Numbered from the stretch's first letter, positions 42,433 to 52,204 are shown. The stretch is DNA of 60,593 nucleotides from an uncultured Methanosarcinales archaeon (GCA_964639875.1 CAZXEM010000001.1:1-60593), one strand, 5' to 3'. The notes: generated from the letters alone by a model not told the origin. Translations and numbers: made by a program.

Positions 42433-43255
42433 TGATCAAATACAAAAAAGAACTAAAGAAGTTGAGGAAGAAATTTCTCAGATGGATCAAACACAAGCAA
42501 TGACTAGTGTTTTTAAAGAAGAAAGTAAAATTCTGGTAGAAATGTTAAAAGAAAACCCCACCGTAATACAAGTTGCAGGTAATATAGGGTTAGGTAAAAC
42601 TACTAATACGCGAATAATTGGAACATTTGGTAAAATTGAAGAGATCCTAGAAGATGATAAAAACCCCTTACTAGAATGGTATTATGAAGATATGAGCGGA
42701 TATGGTGAGATATTACAAGTTGACTTAATTTATCAAAGGTTCTCTCAAATGATTCTCAACAAACAACAATACCCTAATCAATCATTAATTTTTGATAGAA
42801 CGCCTTATGAAGACCCTTTGATATTTAGTAAAGCTTTAATGGAATTGGATTTAATGACAAAAAAATCTTATAATTTTTGTAAGGATTACTTTAATATGAG
42901 AAAAGAAAGATTAGAGACTATTCACCGAAAAATATTGGGCAGTAAAGGATTAGATCCAGATTTAATAATTCTTCTCAATTCAAGTGAAGAAAAAGGCTGG
43001 GAACAAGTATTAAAAAGAGGCCGTGCAATAGAAAATTTGGAAGATGCAGAGAAAGGTGTTGGATTAACCCCAGAATTTTATCACGCTTTACACTGCGAGT
43101 ATGAAAATTTTGCTGAAACTTTAAAAGAATATTACACTGGACCAATCGTACCCTTGGCCCAAGATTCTATAGAAGTAAGTGATTTAAGTAACACTAAGGG
43201 TATGCTTTATGCAGTCAGAAGTGTTAAAGAAGCATTGAAAATAATTTATGATTAG
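42422..43255 (+). CDS. Deoxynucleoside kinase family protein (second paralogue)
   Basis: P-loop VAGNIGLGKTTN, FDRTPYEDPLIF, LID motif LKRGRAIENLE. Overlaps the previous gene by 11 nt. Confidence 0.55.
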   Translation: MEINDQIQKRTKEVEEEISQMDQTQAMTSVFKEESKILVEMLKENPTVIQVAGNIGLGKTTNTRIIGTFGKIEEILEDDKNPLLEWYYEDMSGYGEILQVDLIYQRFSQMILNKQQYPNQSLIFDRTPYEDPLIFSKALMELDLMTKKSYNFCKDYFNMRKERLETIHRKILGSKGLDPDLIILLNSSEEKGWEQVLKRGRAIENLEDAEKGVGLTPEFYHALHCEYENFAETLKEYYTGPIVPLAQDSIEVSDLSNTKGMLYAVRSVKEALKIIYD

Positions 43256-43295
43256 AAAGCTTTAATAGCTTTTCTTTTTTCTTTTTATCATAACA

Positions 43296-43670
43296 ATGCG
43301 ATATAAAAAAAAGGTTTACGGTTCTTACAAGATTAGTACTTGTCCATTTTGTAGTAGAACAGCTACTTCTAAAAATGAACAAGGCTTAGATGTTTGTCAC
43401 CAACATACAAAATCTATCATGGAAGAAAGTAAATGTATCTGTGGCAGTTGGTTAGAGTTAAGACAAGGCAAGTTCGGCCCCTACTTTCATTGTGAAAAGT
43501 GTGGAAATAAAAATTTCAGTAAAGGCATGGAAGTTATCCAAAGTGTAAAACCAACCAGTTTTGTTGAAGAAGAGAGAGAAGGAAAAGAAAAACAGAAAAA
43601 TAAATTTACTGATAATAAAGAAAGAAAAGAAACCACAATTACCACTGATGATGTGGAATATTTTTCTTAG
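43296..43670 (+). CDS. Zinc-finger protein (topoisomerase-type C4 zinc ribbon-like)
   Basis: CPFC...CHQH and CICGSWLELRQGKFGPYFHCEKCG, followed by a K/E-rich tail. Confidence 0.45.
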   Translation: MRYKKKVYGSYKISTCPFCSRTATSKNEQGLDVCHQHTKSIMEESKCICGSWLELRQGKFGPYFHCEKCGNKNFSKGMEVIQSVKPTSFVEEEREGKEKQKNKFTDNKERKETTITTDDVEYFS

Positions 43671-43690
43671 ACAGGAATTCATCCAAAACC

Positions 43691-43700
43691 TTTAAAAATA
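43691..43700 (+). promoter_or_regulatory. TATA box placed for transcription start at or near tRNA-Ile position +1
   Basis: tttaaaaata centred about 27-28 nt upstream of 43723. Confidence 0.45.
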
Positions 43701-43722
43701 CATCTTATTTCTGATAAAATAC

Positions 43723-43811
43723 GGCCCCGTGGCTTAGCCTGGTAGAGCGCACGACTGATATGCTCAAGCTAAGAAATCGTGAGGTCCGGGGTTCAAATCC
43801 CCGCGGGGCCA
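43723..43811 (+). tRNA. tRNA-Ile(GAU) with a 15-nt canonical anticodon-loop intron (about 43761-43775)
   Basis: Acceptor GGCCCCG/CGGGGCC; D-arm GCTT/GAGC; anticodon stem CACGA/TCGTG with loop CTGATA[intron]A; T-arm CGGGG-TTCAAAT-CCCCG; discriminator A. Confidence 0.9.
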
Positions 43812-43868
43812 TTCTTTATTCTTTACAACACAGAAAATAATATAAATGATTAAAATAACATTTATGAT

Positions 43869-44168
43869 ATGAACAAAACTGTATACATGGTGATTGAACT
43901 TGCTCTTATTGCGTTATATTTAGGATTAATCATCTTTGTTATTCCTAAAGGTTCAACAGTAGGCATAATTATGATTGGAGTGTTAACACTTGTTATCTTT
44001 GGTACTGTATTCTTTTTAGAAAAGAAAAGAGAAGCTATGGGTGGAGAAGAAACAATAGAAAATCCAGCAGTACCGCAACCCGTTCCTGGAGAACAACAAC
44101 CGGTAATGCCTCAACAACAAACACAGGTAGCTCCCCAAACTGGACAACAACCTCCGCCAGTACAATAA
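43869..44168 (+). CDS. Small membrane protein with Gln/Pro-rich tail
   Basis: Two TM segments then PAVPQPVPGEQQPVMPQQQTQVAPQTGQQPPPVQ. Confidence 0.45.
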   Translation: MNKTVYMVIELALIALYLGLIIFVIPKGSTVGIIMIGVLTLVIFGTVFFLEKKREAMGGEETIENPAVPQPVPGEQQPVMPQQQTQVAPQTGQQPPPVQ

Positions 44169-44222
44169 TAATTCTAAAAAATTAAGAAAAAGAAATAAAA
44201 TAAAAAAAAGTTAAAAAAAATT

Positions 44223-45362
44223 CTAACCACAAGTAGCTGCAGTAGCTGCACCTTTATCGTAACCAAAACCTGGCTGATAAGTTTCACTACTAACACCTTC
44301 AGAATTTTCACACTCTTCAGGGGCGTCGTTAAATGCGGCACAAACTGTTGCTAAATAAGCTGATGGTGATCTTGCTGAATTAGCTTGTTCGCCGTTAATA
44401 ACTAAACCTGGACTTCCACCAATACCATATTTTTCGTTCTCTGCTTTATGCACATCAAATAATGGGTATTTACCACTTAACCAAGTAGATTTTTTGTTAA
44501 AATTTTCCGTGATTTTAAACTCTTTATCCAGTTGAGCTACACATTCTTTTAAATCTGCAGTATCAATTTTAGCTTCTTTTAAACAAGCTTCAGTATCGCC
44601 AGCTTCCAAAAAACAAGATAAATAATCACTAAACTTATCACTTTGTTCATCTTGGATACAAACTTGTTTAGATTGTTCATCTAACTCTTCTTTACCATGC
44701 ATAGCATAGTAAACAAACTTTATACTAAAATCAATCTTGTCTCCAAACAAATTTGCAATTGGTAACATTCCTTTCTCTGCTTGAGTACCGAAAGGACAAT
44801 GGCTCATTACAAACATTTCAACAACAGGCTTATCAGACTTTACAACCGTAGGAGTTGGCTGCTCAGCTGGTGGGGTTACTTGTGGACCTTCACCGCTAGT
44901 ATCAATAGCTTGTGTGAAAAACAAAGCACCGTCCTTTGTTACGTAACCATCAACATTATTCCCGCTAAGTGCAAGAGTCATTTTATAGAGCCCATGTTCT
45001 TCAGTTACTTCTTGAAGTTGAGCTGATGCTTGTCCCTGTAACATATTAGTGTTAATGTACTCTAACGTTTCAGAAGCAACACTATCTTTGTTTGAACCCA
45101 AATCTAAGATTTTAAAACCAGTAAACAAAGAAATTAATAATAATACTGCTAAAACGTAACTAGCAATTTTCCAATAGTCTACTTTAGCTTTTTTACTATG
45201 ATGTTCCTTATGATGTTCCTTATGAGTTTCTTCTGACCCTTGTTTATGGCCATGCTCATGATTGTTATGTTCATGATGAACTTTAGGTTTATGGTGTTCA
45301 TGATCTTTGTGATGTTCATGATGATGTCCATCACTTTTTTCTTCTTTCTCAAAATGTGTCAT
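44223..45362 (-). CDS. Membrane-anchored thioredoxin-fold (DsbA/GILT-like) protein with His-rich cytoplasmic N-terminus
   Basis: N-terminus DGHHHEHHKDHEHHKPKVHHEHNNHEHGHK...HKEHHKEHH, one TM segment, then EMFVMSHCPFGTQAEKGMLP and several conserved-looking Cys residues. Confidence 0.45.
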   Translation of the reverse strand: MTHFEKEEKSDGHHHEHHKDHEHHKPKVHHEHNNHEHGHKQGSEETHKEHHKEHHSKKAKVDYWKIASYVLAVLLLISLFTGFKILDLGSNKDSVASETLEYINTNMLQGQASAQLQEVTEEHGLYKMTLALSGNNVDGYVTKDGALFFTQAIDTSGEGPQVTPPAEQPTPTVVKSDKPVVEMFVMSHCPFGTQAEKGMLPIANLFGDKIDFSIKFVYYAMHGKEELDEQSKQVCIQDEQSDKFSDYLSCFLEAGDTEACLKEAKIDTADLKECVAQLDKEFKITENFNKKSTWLSGKYPLFDVHKAENEKYGIGGSPGLVINGEQANSARSPSAYLATVCAAFNDAPEECENSEGVSSETYQPGFGYDKGAATAATCG

Positions 45363-45427
45363 TATATTTTCCTCCTTTTTATTAAATTAAGTTTGAATGT
45401 GATTAATAAATTTTTAACACTTAAAAA

Positions 45428-46189
45428 TCAATAGATTTTTAACAATTTTCTTAAAACCATACTAAAGATTAATGAAAATATTATGTACAAGCCTAACCAA
45501 CCAGGTTGCCAGCCAAATATTTCAAATGTCCCTAAAGGTCTTAATTTATTATAATTAATAGTAATCTGTTTAATATCAGAATGTTGAAAAATTGAAACTG
45601 CTTCTTCAGTCCTTAATTCTTTAGTTATCAAAACTTTTTTTGATTGTTCATCTTTACCAACTTTAACTGTTAAATAATGTTCACCTTCAGAACTTTTTAT
45701 TTTCCAAGTCGCTTTGCCCCCTATAATGTCTTGCTTAGCAAGATCAATAAGTTCTGTACCTTCATCAGCAATCAGTTCAGCTTCACCTTTAATCTCTTCC
45801 AAAAAGTCAGCAGAAACACTGTAAGTTTCTCCAGGATAAATTGGTTCAAAACTAAGATGGCCAGCCATCCAGCCAAAGATAAGTAAAATAGGGATCATGG
45901 TTATTAAAGTGGGCTTGAATGAACTTTTCATATATTCCATGTTAAGTTTCATTGCTTCTTTCTGTACTTTCATCATTTCTTCTGGATTACTACGAAGTTC
46001 TTTCATTTGTTTCTGATAATCCTTCTGTTTCCCTTTCATATCTTTCATCTTCTTTTGGTCAGTAGCTACTTTATAGACTAAAGTAATTAGTAAAGAAACT
46101 ATTACTGCCAGAATAACTATAGCCCAGAAGGGACTAAGATTAATTAAAGGTTGAAGAATCGGATCAAATACAGGATCTAAAAATGCCAT
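45428..46189 (-). CDS. DUF106 / EMC3-like membrane protein (archaeal YidC/Oxa1-like insertase) with C-terminal extension
   Basis: TM1, then coiled-coil KKMKDMKGKQKDYQKQMKELRSNPEEMMKVQKEAMKLNMEYMKSSFKP, then TM. This is the characteristic DUF106 layout. Confidence 0.6.
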   Translation of the reverse strand: MAFLDPVFDPILQPLINLSPFWAIVILAVIVSLLITLVYKVATDQKKMKDMKGKQKDYQKQMKELRSNPEEMMKVQKEAMKLNMEYMKSSFKPTLITMIPILLIFGWMAGHLSFEPIYPGETYSVSADFLEEIKGEAELIADEGTELIDLAKQDIIGGKATWKIKSSEGEHYLTVKVGKDEQSKKVLITKELRTEEAVSIFQHSDIKQITINYNKLRPLGTFEIFGWQPGWLGLYIIFSLIFSMVLRKLLKIY

Positions 46190-46292
46190 TTTAATATTTA
46201 TTCAGTGTTTAATATATAAAGGTTGTGGATTTTGAAAGTAGATAAAAGAAGTTGTAGATAATGGCATTAAGTCGCATGGAAATTTTCCTTAC

Positions 46293-46316
46293 AAAGATAA
46301 AGATAAAGATAAAGAT
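46293..46316. repeat. (AAAGAT)4 tandem hexanucleotide repeat in a divergent promoter region
   Basis: aaagataaagataaagataaagat, located 29 nt upstream of the TATA box at 46345-46352. Confidence 0.85.
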
Positions 46317-46344
46317 AATGGGTATTTTTCTCTTGTTGCAAAAG

Positions 46345-46352
46345 ATTATAAA
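46345..46352 (+). promoter_or_regulatory. TATA box (leaderless geometry) for the MFS transporter gene
   Basis: attataaa centred about 27 nt upstream of ATG 46376. Confidence 0.45.
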
Positions 46353-46375
46353 TCATTGTTTCTTTCTTCAGAATA

Positions 46376-47611
46376 ATGCAAGATTTAGACCTTCAGAAGA
46401 AATCAAGTTATTTATACTACTTAATTGAATTCATCAATGAATCTAGAAGATCTCTTTTGGGAGCGTTAAAGATAATTTATTTCCTATCAATAGGATTATC
46501 AATCATCCAGATTACCACTTTGTATGCAATTGGTCAAGTAATACTTCTATTATTTGAATTTCCAACTGGAGCGTTTGCCGATTCATTTGGAAGGAAGAAA
46601 TCAATTCTATTCTCTTTTTTGTTGTTTACAATTTCGTTCACTTTAATATTCTTTACGAACAATTATTACTTGCTAATTCTCCTCAATGCGTTAGCTGTAA
46701 TCAGTTGGACTTTTCAATCAGGAACCCATGATGCATGGATAATTGACACTTTAGGATTAGGAAAACAACCAGACTTAAATAAAAACGATCAAAATGAGAA
46801 ATCAAGAACACATCTTTTTTCAACCAGATTTATTATTGGTAAAGTTGGCTGGATTGTTGGAGGAGCAGTTGGTTCACTAGTAGCATATTTTTACTTAAGA
46901 TCAATATGGTTAGCTTTAGCAGCGTTCCATTTTATTGGTTTTTTATTGTTGTTAAGGTATATGGAAGAGAAAAACTTTGTGTCAACCAAATTTTCGTTCA
47001 AAAATATGTTTTCAGAAATTACTAAACATTCTAAAGAAGCATTACAATATTCCTACAAGAATAAAATCTTACTTGTTTTGTTATTGCTGATTCTATTTAA
47101 AGGATTGTCATTTGGTTTGTTTGAAGTTAGCTGGCCAATACTGTTTAAGGAAATATTAAAAATACCTATCCATTACTTTGGTTTAATCATTTCTGTATCC
47201 ACACTTTTTGCAGTATCGGGAGCTTATATTTCTAAGAAGATGTCTTATAAAAAAGGAATACCAACAATTTTATTCTTGTTTTATTTGATTTTTGTAATCT
47301 CTGCTTTTGGATTGGGGGTAACTTCTCTTGTTTCCCTTGCTATTGGTGCTTTCTGCTTTTTTCAAGTAGGCGAAGGAGGAACACGTCCTCTGGCCCAATC
47401 AGCTTTACATAAGTTCATTCCATCAAATAAACGGGCTAGTATTTTATCTTTAAGATCGATGCTTAGTGGAGGTGGATCAATGTTAGGTTATGTCATTTCT
47501 GGACCGATTGTAGTTTTCTTAGGTCCACAATATGCTATGTTTATACTTGCATTCCTAATTTTAATCTTAGGTGGAACACATGCATTTACATTATGGAAAG
47601 GTGAAAAATGA
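46376..47611 (+). CDS. MFS transporter
   Basis: About 12 TM segments and an MFS motif A-like GAFADSFGRKKS. Confidence 0.65.
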   Translation: MQDLDLQKKSSYLYYLIEFINESRRSLLGALKIIYFLSIGLSIIQITTLYAIGQVILLLFEFPTGAFADSFGRKKSILFSFLLFTISFTLIFFTNNYYLLILLNALAVISWTFQSGTHDAWIIDTLGLGKQPDLNKNDQNEKSRTHLFSTRFIIGKVGWIVGGAVGSLVAYFYLRSIWLALAAFHFIGFLLLLRYMEEKNFVSTKFSFKNMFSEITKHSKEALQYSYKNKILLVLLLLILFKGLSFGLFEVSWPILFKEILKIPIHYFGLIISVSTLFAVSGAYISKKMSYKKGIPTILFLFYLIFVISAFGLGVTSLVSLAIGAFCFFQVGEGGTRPLAQSALHKFIPSNKRASILSLRSMLSGGGSMLGYVISGPIVVFLGPQYAMFILAFLILILGGTHAFTLWKGEK

Positions 47612-47717
47612 ACCTTCAACGTATTTTATTTTTCCTTACGTAATAAAACTTCCACCGGAGAAAACTCTAGGGTATTAAACCCACCCATAAATAAAAATTA
47701 AACAGAAAGTATAATAA

Positions 47718-48134
47718 TTAAATTTGAATTACCAAAGTCGCACTAGATGGAGAAAAACCATTATTTTCAATTACTGGCTTAAATAATTCTTTGAATTCCT
47801 GATCATACATTAATGAACACCTTCTGTTTCTTTTTAATTCCTGATGAGCATAACTCAATACATGATTTAAACAAGCTGTAGCAATACCATTACCTCTATA
47901 TTCTGATTTTGTAAATGCTCCTACTGCATTAAATTCATCTTTATTAATATCAACAGCAGCCCAACTAATAATCTTGTCCTCATTTTTTGCTAATGATGCA
48001 TACCTTTCTAATAATCCTTGTTCATCATTTAACCAGATTGGAAATATCCCATTAGGGTTAACTAAATTTCCTAACTGGGCTCTTTCTTCAATATCTAACT
48101 CAGAAAAATTCTTTATTTGTAGTTCATAATTCAT
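47718..48134 (-). CDS. GNAT family N-acetyltransferase
   Basis: Acetyl-CoA-binding-like YRGNGIATACLNHVLSYA. 138 aa. Confidence 0.6.
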   Translation of the reverse strand: MNYELQIKNFSELDIEERAQLGNLVNPNGIFPIWLNDEQGLLERYASLAKNEDKIISWAAVDINKDEFNAVGAFTKSEYRGNGIATACLNHVLSYAHQELKRNRRCSLMYDQEFKELFKPVIENNGFSPSSATLVIQI

Positions 48135-48192
48135 TTTATTTACCTAAAACAACAAATCACCACAAAAAACAATTAAAAATAATTAAAAAAAT

Positions 48193-49581
48193 CTATTCCA
48201 TAAACTTTCTCATTGCCGGATGCATGTCCATCATGTGCTGTTTAGCAATCTCTTCATAAAGTTTATAGACAATCATTACAGCCAAAAGAATACCAGTTCC
48301 TCGCGATAAAGCACCAGTAAGATCAGCAAGTGCGGCTAATAAACCAACAGATGCACCACCAACAATTGTTAACGGCCAAATGTAACGAGATAAAATCTTT
48401 TCTAAAACTCGTTCATCTCTCCTGAAACCAGGAATTTGTAATCCGGAACTTAAAATCTGTTTAGCTTGAGATTTAGCGTCCATATTCGCAGTCTGCATCC
48501 AAAAAATACTAAACATTACTGACCCACCAACCATTAAGAGAATATAAATAGCGGCTTGACCTAACATACTAACAGTAAAACCACCACCAATAATTGTTTG
48601 CACAATGTCTGGAGAATTAATCCAATAAACTAAACCAGTAATAGGACTATTACCTGAAAACGTCCCTAAAATAGGATGTCCCCATCGTTCTAATAATCTT
48701 GCTACTAACTGAATATTAGCCATTAAAGCAGCAACTAAAATTACTGGAATGTTAGAAGTATAAAAAAAGTTAAGTGGCCATCTCATTCCGTAACCACGGA
48801 CTCTTCCAAAAGATAAAGGGATTTCTACTTTCATTGCTTGACCATAGACACAAATTGCAAACACTAACAAAGTGGAAACAACTGCCGCTATTTGTCTAGC
48901 TGCGTTAGTAACATCTCCCATTGATAAAAACTGAAACAAAGCAGGGATTGCACCAGCAGCTATTTCTGGATTAGTAGGACTTGGCAAAAAGTTAAAAGCT
49001 CTAATAAAAACTTGTTGCGCTACTCCAGCTGCAATAAACAAACTGATTCCTGATCCAAAACCCCATTTACTAATAACGTCATCCATAAACAAGATAATAA
49101 TCCCACCTAAGAAAAGTTGAAAAATTAATACTATTTGAAACTGTGAATATAATGGTGTTCCAATAAGATTTGCTGCAGGAGCTAAACCGCCCATTAAAAC
49201 ATAAATTGCAGCTTCAAAAATAATGAAAAATATTGCTAATAATTTCTGTAAACCCTGGAATCTTTGCCTGCCCTCAATACTAGTAAGATCCAGGTTTAAA
49301 ATTCCTGTACCGGACAATAACTGTAAAACAATAGAAGCAGTAACTATCGGACCAATACCTAAACTAATTATTGAACCAAATGAAGCTCCTAAAATGATTG
49401 AAAGAAATTCAAACTGCTGTAAAGCGTTTTCTCCAAGACCGTACAAAGGTACTAAACCCATGACAAAGAAAATTACTAATATAATTAAAGTCCACTTAAG
49501 TTTCTCTTTAAATGGTAACCTCTTTTGTTTAGGGCCTCGAACCTCAGGCAGGTTTAAAATAATTTTATCCAAGAGAGACAT
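48193..49581 (-). CDS. secY: Preprotein translocase subunit SecY
   Basis: Ten-TM SecY/Sec61alpha sequence, located at the distal end of the ribosomal protein operon. Confidence 0.95.
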   Translation of the reverse strand: MSLLDKIILNLPEVRGPKQKRLPFKEKLKWTLIILVIFFVMGLVPLYGLGENALQQFEFLSIILGASFGSIISLGIGPIVTASIVLQLLSGTGILNLDLTSIEGRQRFQGLQKLLAIFFIIFEAAIYVLMGGLAPAANLIGTPLYSQFQIVLIFQLFLGGIIILFMDDVISKWGFGSGISLFIAAGVAQQVFIRAFNFLPSPTNPEIAAGAIPALFQFLSMGDVTNAARQIAAVVSTLLVFAICVYGQAMKVEIPLSFGRVRGYGMRWPLNFFYTSNIPVILVAALMANIQLVARLLERWGHPILGTFSGNSPITGLVYWINSPDIVQTIIGGGFTVSMLGQAAIYILLMVGGSVMFSIFWMQTANMDAKSQAKQILSSGLQIPGFRRDERVLEKILSRYIWPLTIVGGASVGLLAALADLTGALSRGTGILLAVMIVYKLYEEIAKQHMMDMHPAMRKFME

Positions 49582-49583
49582 TT

Positions 49584-50129
49584 TTAGTTTTCTTCCTGAT
49601 TATCTTTTTCTGGTTGTTCTTTTTTGTTAACTTTTTCAACTACTGTTTCTTTACCTGATTCTTTTTCAGTTGCCTTGCCAGTTTTAGCTGCTTTTTTAGT
49701 CTTGATTACTTCTCCACCAGCAGCAACTATTTTTTTCTCAGCTGAAGCACTACAATTATTAACTGTAACTCTAAGTTTTAAGTTAGTTGTTCCTGTACCT
49801 AACAATTTTTGGTACCCTAACTTGTTTAAGTTTAATACGAAAACATCACCATCTTTAGTGATTTTTCCTTTTTCTAGTAAGCCATTAACCATTTTAGTTG
49901 TAAATCTAACCAAATTTATTCCGTCCTCACCAATAGCTCTTTTACTAGTGAAACCTTTCTTACCCAAAACACGAGAAATTCCAGCTTTTTTCTGACCAGC
50001 ACGTTTTCCAGTTCCAGCATTACCTCTACCGCCACGAGAACCTGCACCTCGCCTTTTCTTTCTATGTCCACCACCATGAGTAGTATGGGCACGATATTTT
50101 CCAACTTTCTTACGTTTATTTACAACCAT
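49584..50129 (-). CDS. rpl15: 50S ribosomal protein L15 (uL15) with C-terminal extension
   Basis: GGGHRKKRRGAGSRGGRGNAGTGKRAGQKK. Position before secY. Confidence 0.9.
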   Translation of the reverse strand: MVVNKRKKVGKYRAHTTHGGGHRKKRRGAGSRGGRGNAGTGKRAGQKKAGISRVLGKKGFTSKRAIGEDGINLVRFTTKMVNGLLEKGKITKDGDVFVLNLNKLGYQKLLGTGTTNLKLRVTVNNCSASAEKKIVAAGGEVIKTKKAAKTGKATEKESGKETVVEKVNKKEQPEKDNQEEN

Positions 50130-50136
50130 TTTATAA

Positions 50137-50643
50137 TTATAACATCCTCATTATCAAATCGTTAATTTTATCTCCTCGATTCCCAAGACCGCCACTAAGT
50201 TTAAATGGCATTTTTATCCCTTTCCGGCCGAAACCTTTACGAGGTGGACTAAGAGTAAAATATTTTTTATACTTTTTACCTTCATGTTCAAACAAATTAT
50301 ATTGATATTTCTTTTTTAAGTCAGTTTCTCTACCCTGGAACGGTTGACCCCTTTTACTTAATAATTCTTTAAAAGTGTCATCAGTAATTTCTCCCCAGGT
50401 AGTAAAATCTTTAACTTTTTTAATCATTCCCCGATTAACAGGATTATCAACAATAACTACACAATGATTTTTTCTGGATAAATTTAACATTAATAAAGTA
50501 TCTTTCACTTTCTTACTTAAACCTACCTTTCCTCTAACTAAGATCACTGCAATTTTTCCTGATTTTTTTGTTACAGGTGGAGTTTCTTTCTTAACTTCAA
50601 CATCTACTTGAGTACTTGGTCCAGTTTCAGTTTTTTCTACCAT
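50137..50643 (-). CDS. rpl30: 50S ribosomal protein L30 (uL30)
   Basis: KIAVILVRGKVGLSKKVKDTLLMLNLSRKNHCVVI and operon position. Confidence 0.9.
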   Translation of the reverse strand: MVEKTETGPSTQVDVEVKKETPPVTKKSGKIAVILVRGKVGLSKKVKDTLLMLNLSRKNHCVVIVDNPVNRGMIKKVKDFTTWGEITDDTFKELLSKRGQPFQGRETDLKKKYQYNLFEHEGKKYKKYFTLSPPRKGFGRKGIKMPFKLSGGLGNRGDKINDLIMRML

Positions 50644-51692
50644 TATTGTTTGTCCTCTACTACTTCTTGTTCTGGTTCTGATTGTGATTCTGTCTCTGCT
50701 GCTACAACTTCTTCTGTTGCTTCTTCTGTTGCTTCTTCAGCTTTAACTTCTTCAGCTACTTCTTCTTTAACTTTTTCTTCAGTTTTTTCTGCTCCTGCTT
50801 CTTCAACAGGAGTTTCAGAAGAAGGTTCTGCTTGCAAAAATTCTAATTCTTCTTGATCAGGTTCGTCATCAGCTTTTAATTTTCCGTCAACAATACCTAA
50901 GTTAATAATATCTTCTGGTTTAATTTTCATCTCAGAACTCTTTTTTAAAGCACTGATAAGAGCATGAAGTAAATTAATTTTAGTTTTTGTCTGGCCAGAA
51001 GTTTTACACCAAACGTCTTTTATTCCAGCTAATGCTAAAATTTTTCCACATTCACTTTCAATACAAAGACCTTTACCTTTAGGAGCAGGCATTAATTTAA
51101 TAGTAGCTGAACCACATTTTCCAGTGATAGTAAAAGGAATAGTGTGAGGTTGTTTACAATTACATTGCCAACTACCACAACCACGCCTAACCCTAAGTAA
51201 GTTTAATCTTGCTTTTCTTTTTGACTTTTCTCGGGCAGGAACAGTTTCTCCACTTTTTCCCATTGCAACGCCAACATAACCATTCTTATTACCAACAACA
51301 GAAAATGTTAAAAAGTGAATTTTGTTACCTTCTTTAGTCTTTTTTTGAGTTTGTCTAAAAATTCTTTTCTGGCCACCACCAAATTTACCTTTAGCCTGAC
51401 CAACTAGAAGTAATTCTTCTTCAAGGTTAGGCAAAAGAGTATCAACAATTTCTGATTCCAGAATTTTTTGTCCAGTATTAAAAATATCTTCAATTTCAGT
51501 AATAGTTCCATCTTTAACTTTTTTACCTAAAACTGTTTTCGGTATCCAAACTACTTCCGGCTCAACAAATTGACGAGGATTTCTATTAAATTTCCTATCT
51601 TTACCGCCACTAGTCCGATTATTTTTATTACCATTACTATTATTAGTATTATTATTCATTTTATTGTTTGAGTTTGATTTTTTTTCGACCAT
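50643..51692 (-). CDS. rps5: 30S ribosomal protein S5 (uS5) with Asn-rich N-terminal and acidic C-terminal extensions
   Basis: Core WIPKTVLGKKV...FSVVGNKNGYVGVAMGKS...GSATIKLMPAPKGKGL. Extensions NSNNKMNNNTNNSNGNKNN and EEAGAEKTEEKVKEEVAEEVKAEEATEE. Confidence 0.9.
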   Translation of the reverse strand: MVEKKSNSNNKMNNNTNNSNGNKNNRTSGGKDRKFNRNPRQFVEPEVVWIPKTVLGKKVKDGTITEIEDIFNTGQKILESEIVDTLLPNLEEELLLVGQAKGKFGGGQKRIFRQTQKKTKEGNKIHFLTFSVVGNKNGYVGVAMGKSGETVPAREKSKRKARLNLLRVRRGCGSWQCNCKQPHTIPFTITGKCGSATIKLMPAPKGKGLCIESECGKILALAGIKDVWCKTSGQTKTKINLLHALISALKKSSEMKIKPEDIINLGIVDGKLKADDEPDQEELEFLQAEPSSETPVEEAGAEKTEEKVKEEVAEEVKAEEATEEATEEVVAAETESQSEPEQEVVEDKQ

Positions 51693-51693
51693 T

Positions 51694-52203
51694 TTAGTTA
51701 CTCATTATTTTTTCTTTAACCTTTTTAACTTGAGCAGGTAAATCTTCTTTAATATGTTTTCCAAAAAGACGATCTTCTTCTGGATAGATGTCTTCTCCTC
51801 CATGAGGAATGTCCATTCCACCGTCAAGTGCACCTTTCAAAAAAGCATAAATTTTTCCTTTCCTAACAGGAGTACGTAAACCAGTATCTAAAATTGCTTC
51901 TTTGTGACCCTGACTTGAAACAGTTTTAGCAATTAATAATCCAGTTAAATATGCTGCTGGCAAATTCTTACAAGAAGATGTCCAACCATGTTTCTTTAAA
52001 GCAAACGAGTCAACAGCTGCTAAAATTTTATCACCTTTACTCTGACTATTAAATTCACAAACTTGAGCAATTACTCGCTGGTTAGTAAAACGAACAATTA
52101 AACGTAATTTCTTAGATAATAATAGACTTAAACGTTTAGAATAGTTAGTCCTTCCTTCCATTTTTCTACGGTACAATACTTGTTTAGGTTTTTTACTAGC
52201 CAT
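51694..52203 (-). CDS. rpl18: 50S ribosomal protein L18 (uL18)
   Basis: YRRKMEGRTNYSKRLSLLLSKKLRLIVRFTNQRVIAQV and operon position. Confidence 0.9.
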   Translation of the reverse strand: MASKKPKQVLYRRKMEGRTNYSKRLSLLLSKKLRLIVRFTNQRVIAQVCEFNSQSKGDKILAAVDSFALKKHGWTSSCKNLPAAYLTGLLIAKTVSSQGHKEAILDTGLRTPVRKGKIYAFLKGALDGGMDIPHGGEDIYPEEDRLFGKHIKEDLPAQVKKVKEKIMSN

Positions 52204-52204
52204 T

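Noticed and set aside
46293-46316. Tandem repeats or other arrays as CRISPR
   Set aside because: The repeat units are 3-6 nt with no spacers. No repeat-spacer architecture of 25-40 nt units occurs anywhere in the window, and no cas genes are present apart from the orphan Cas4-like nuclease.
47612-48192. Absence of adk/cmk after secY as a rearrangement of interest
   Set aside because: Gene content distal to secY varies widely among archaea. A GNAT gene in this position, with the DUF106 gene nearby at 45428-46189, is unremarkable.
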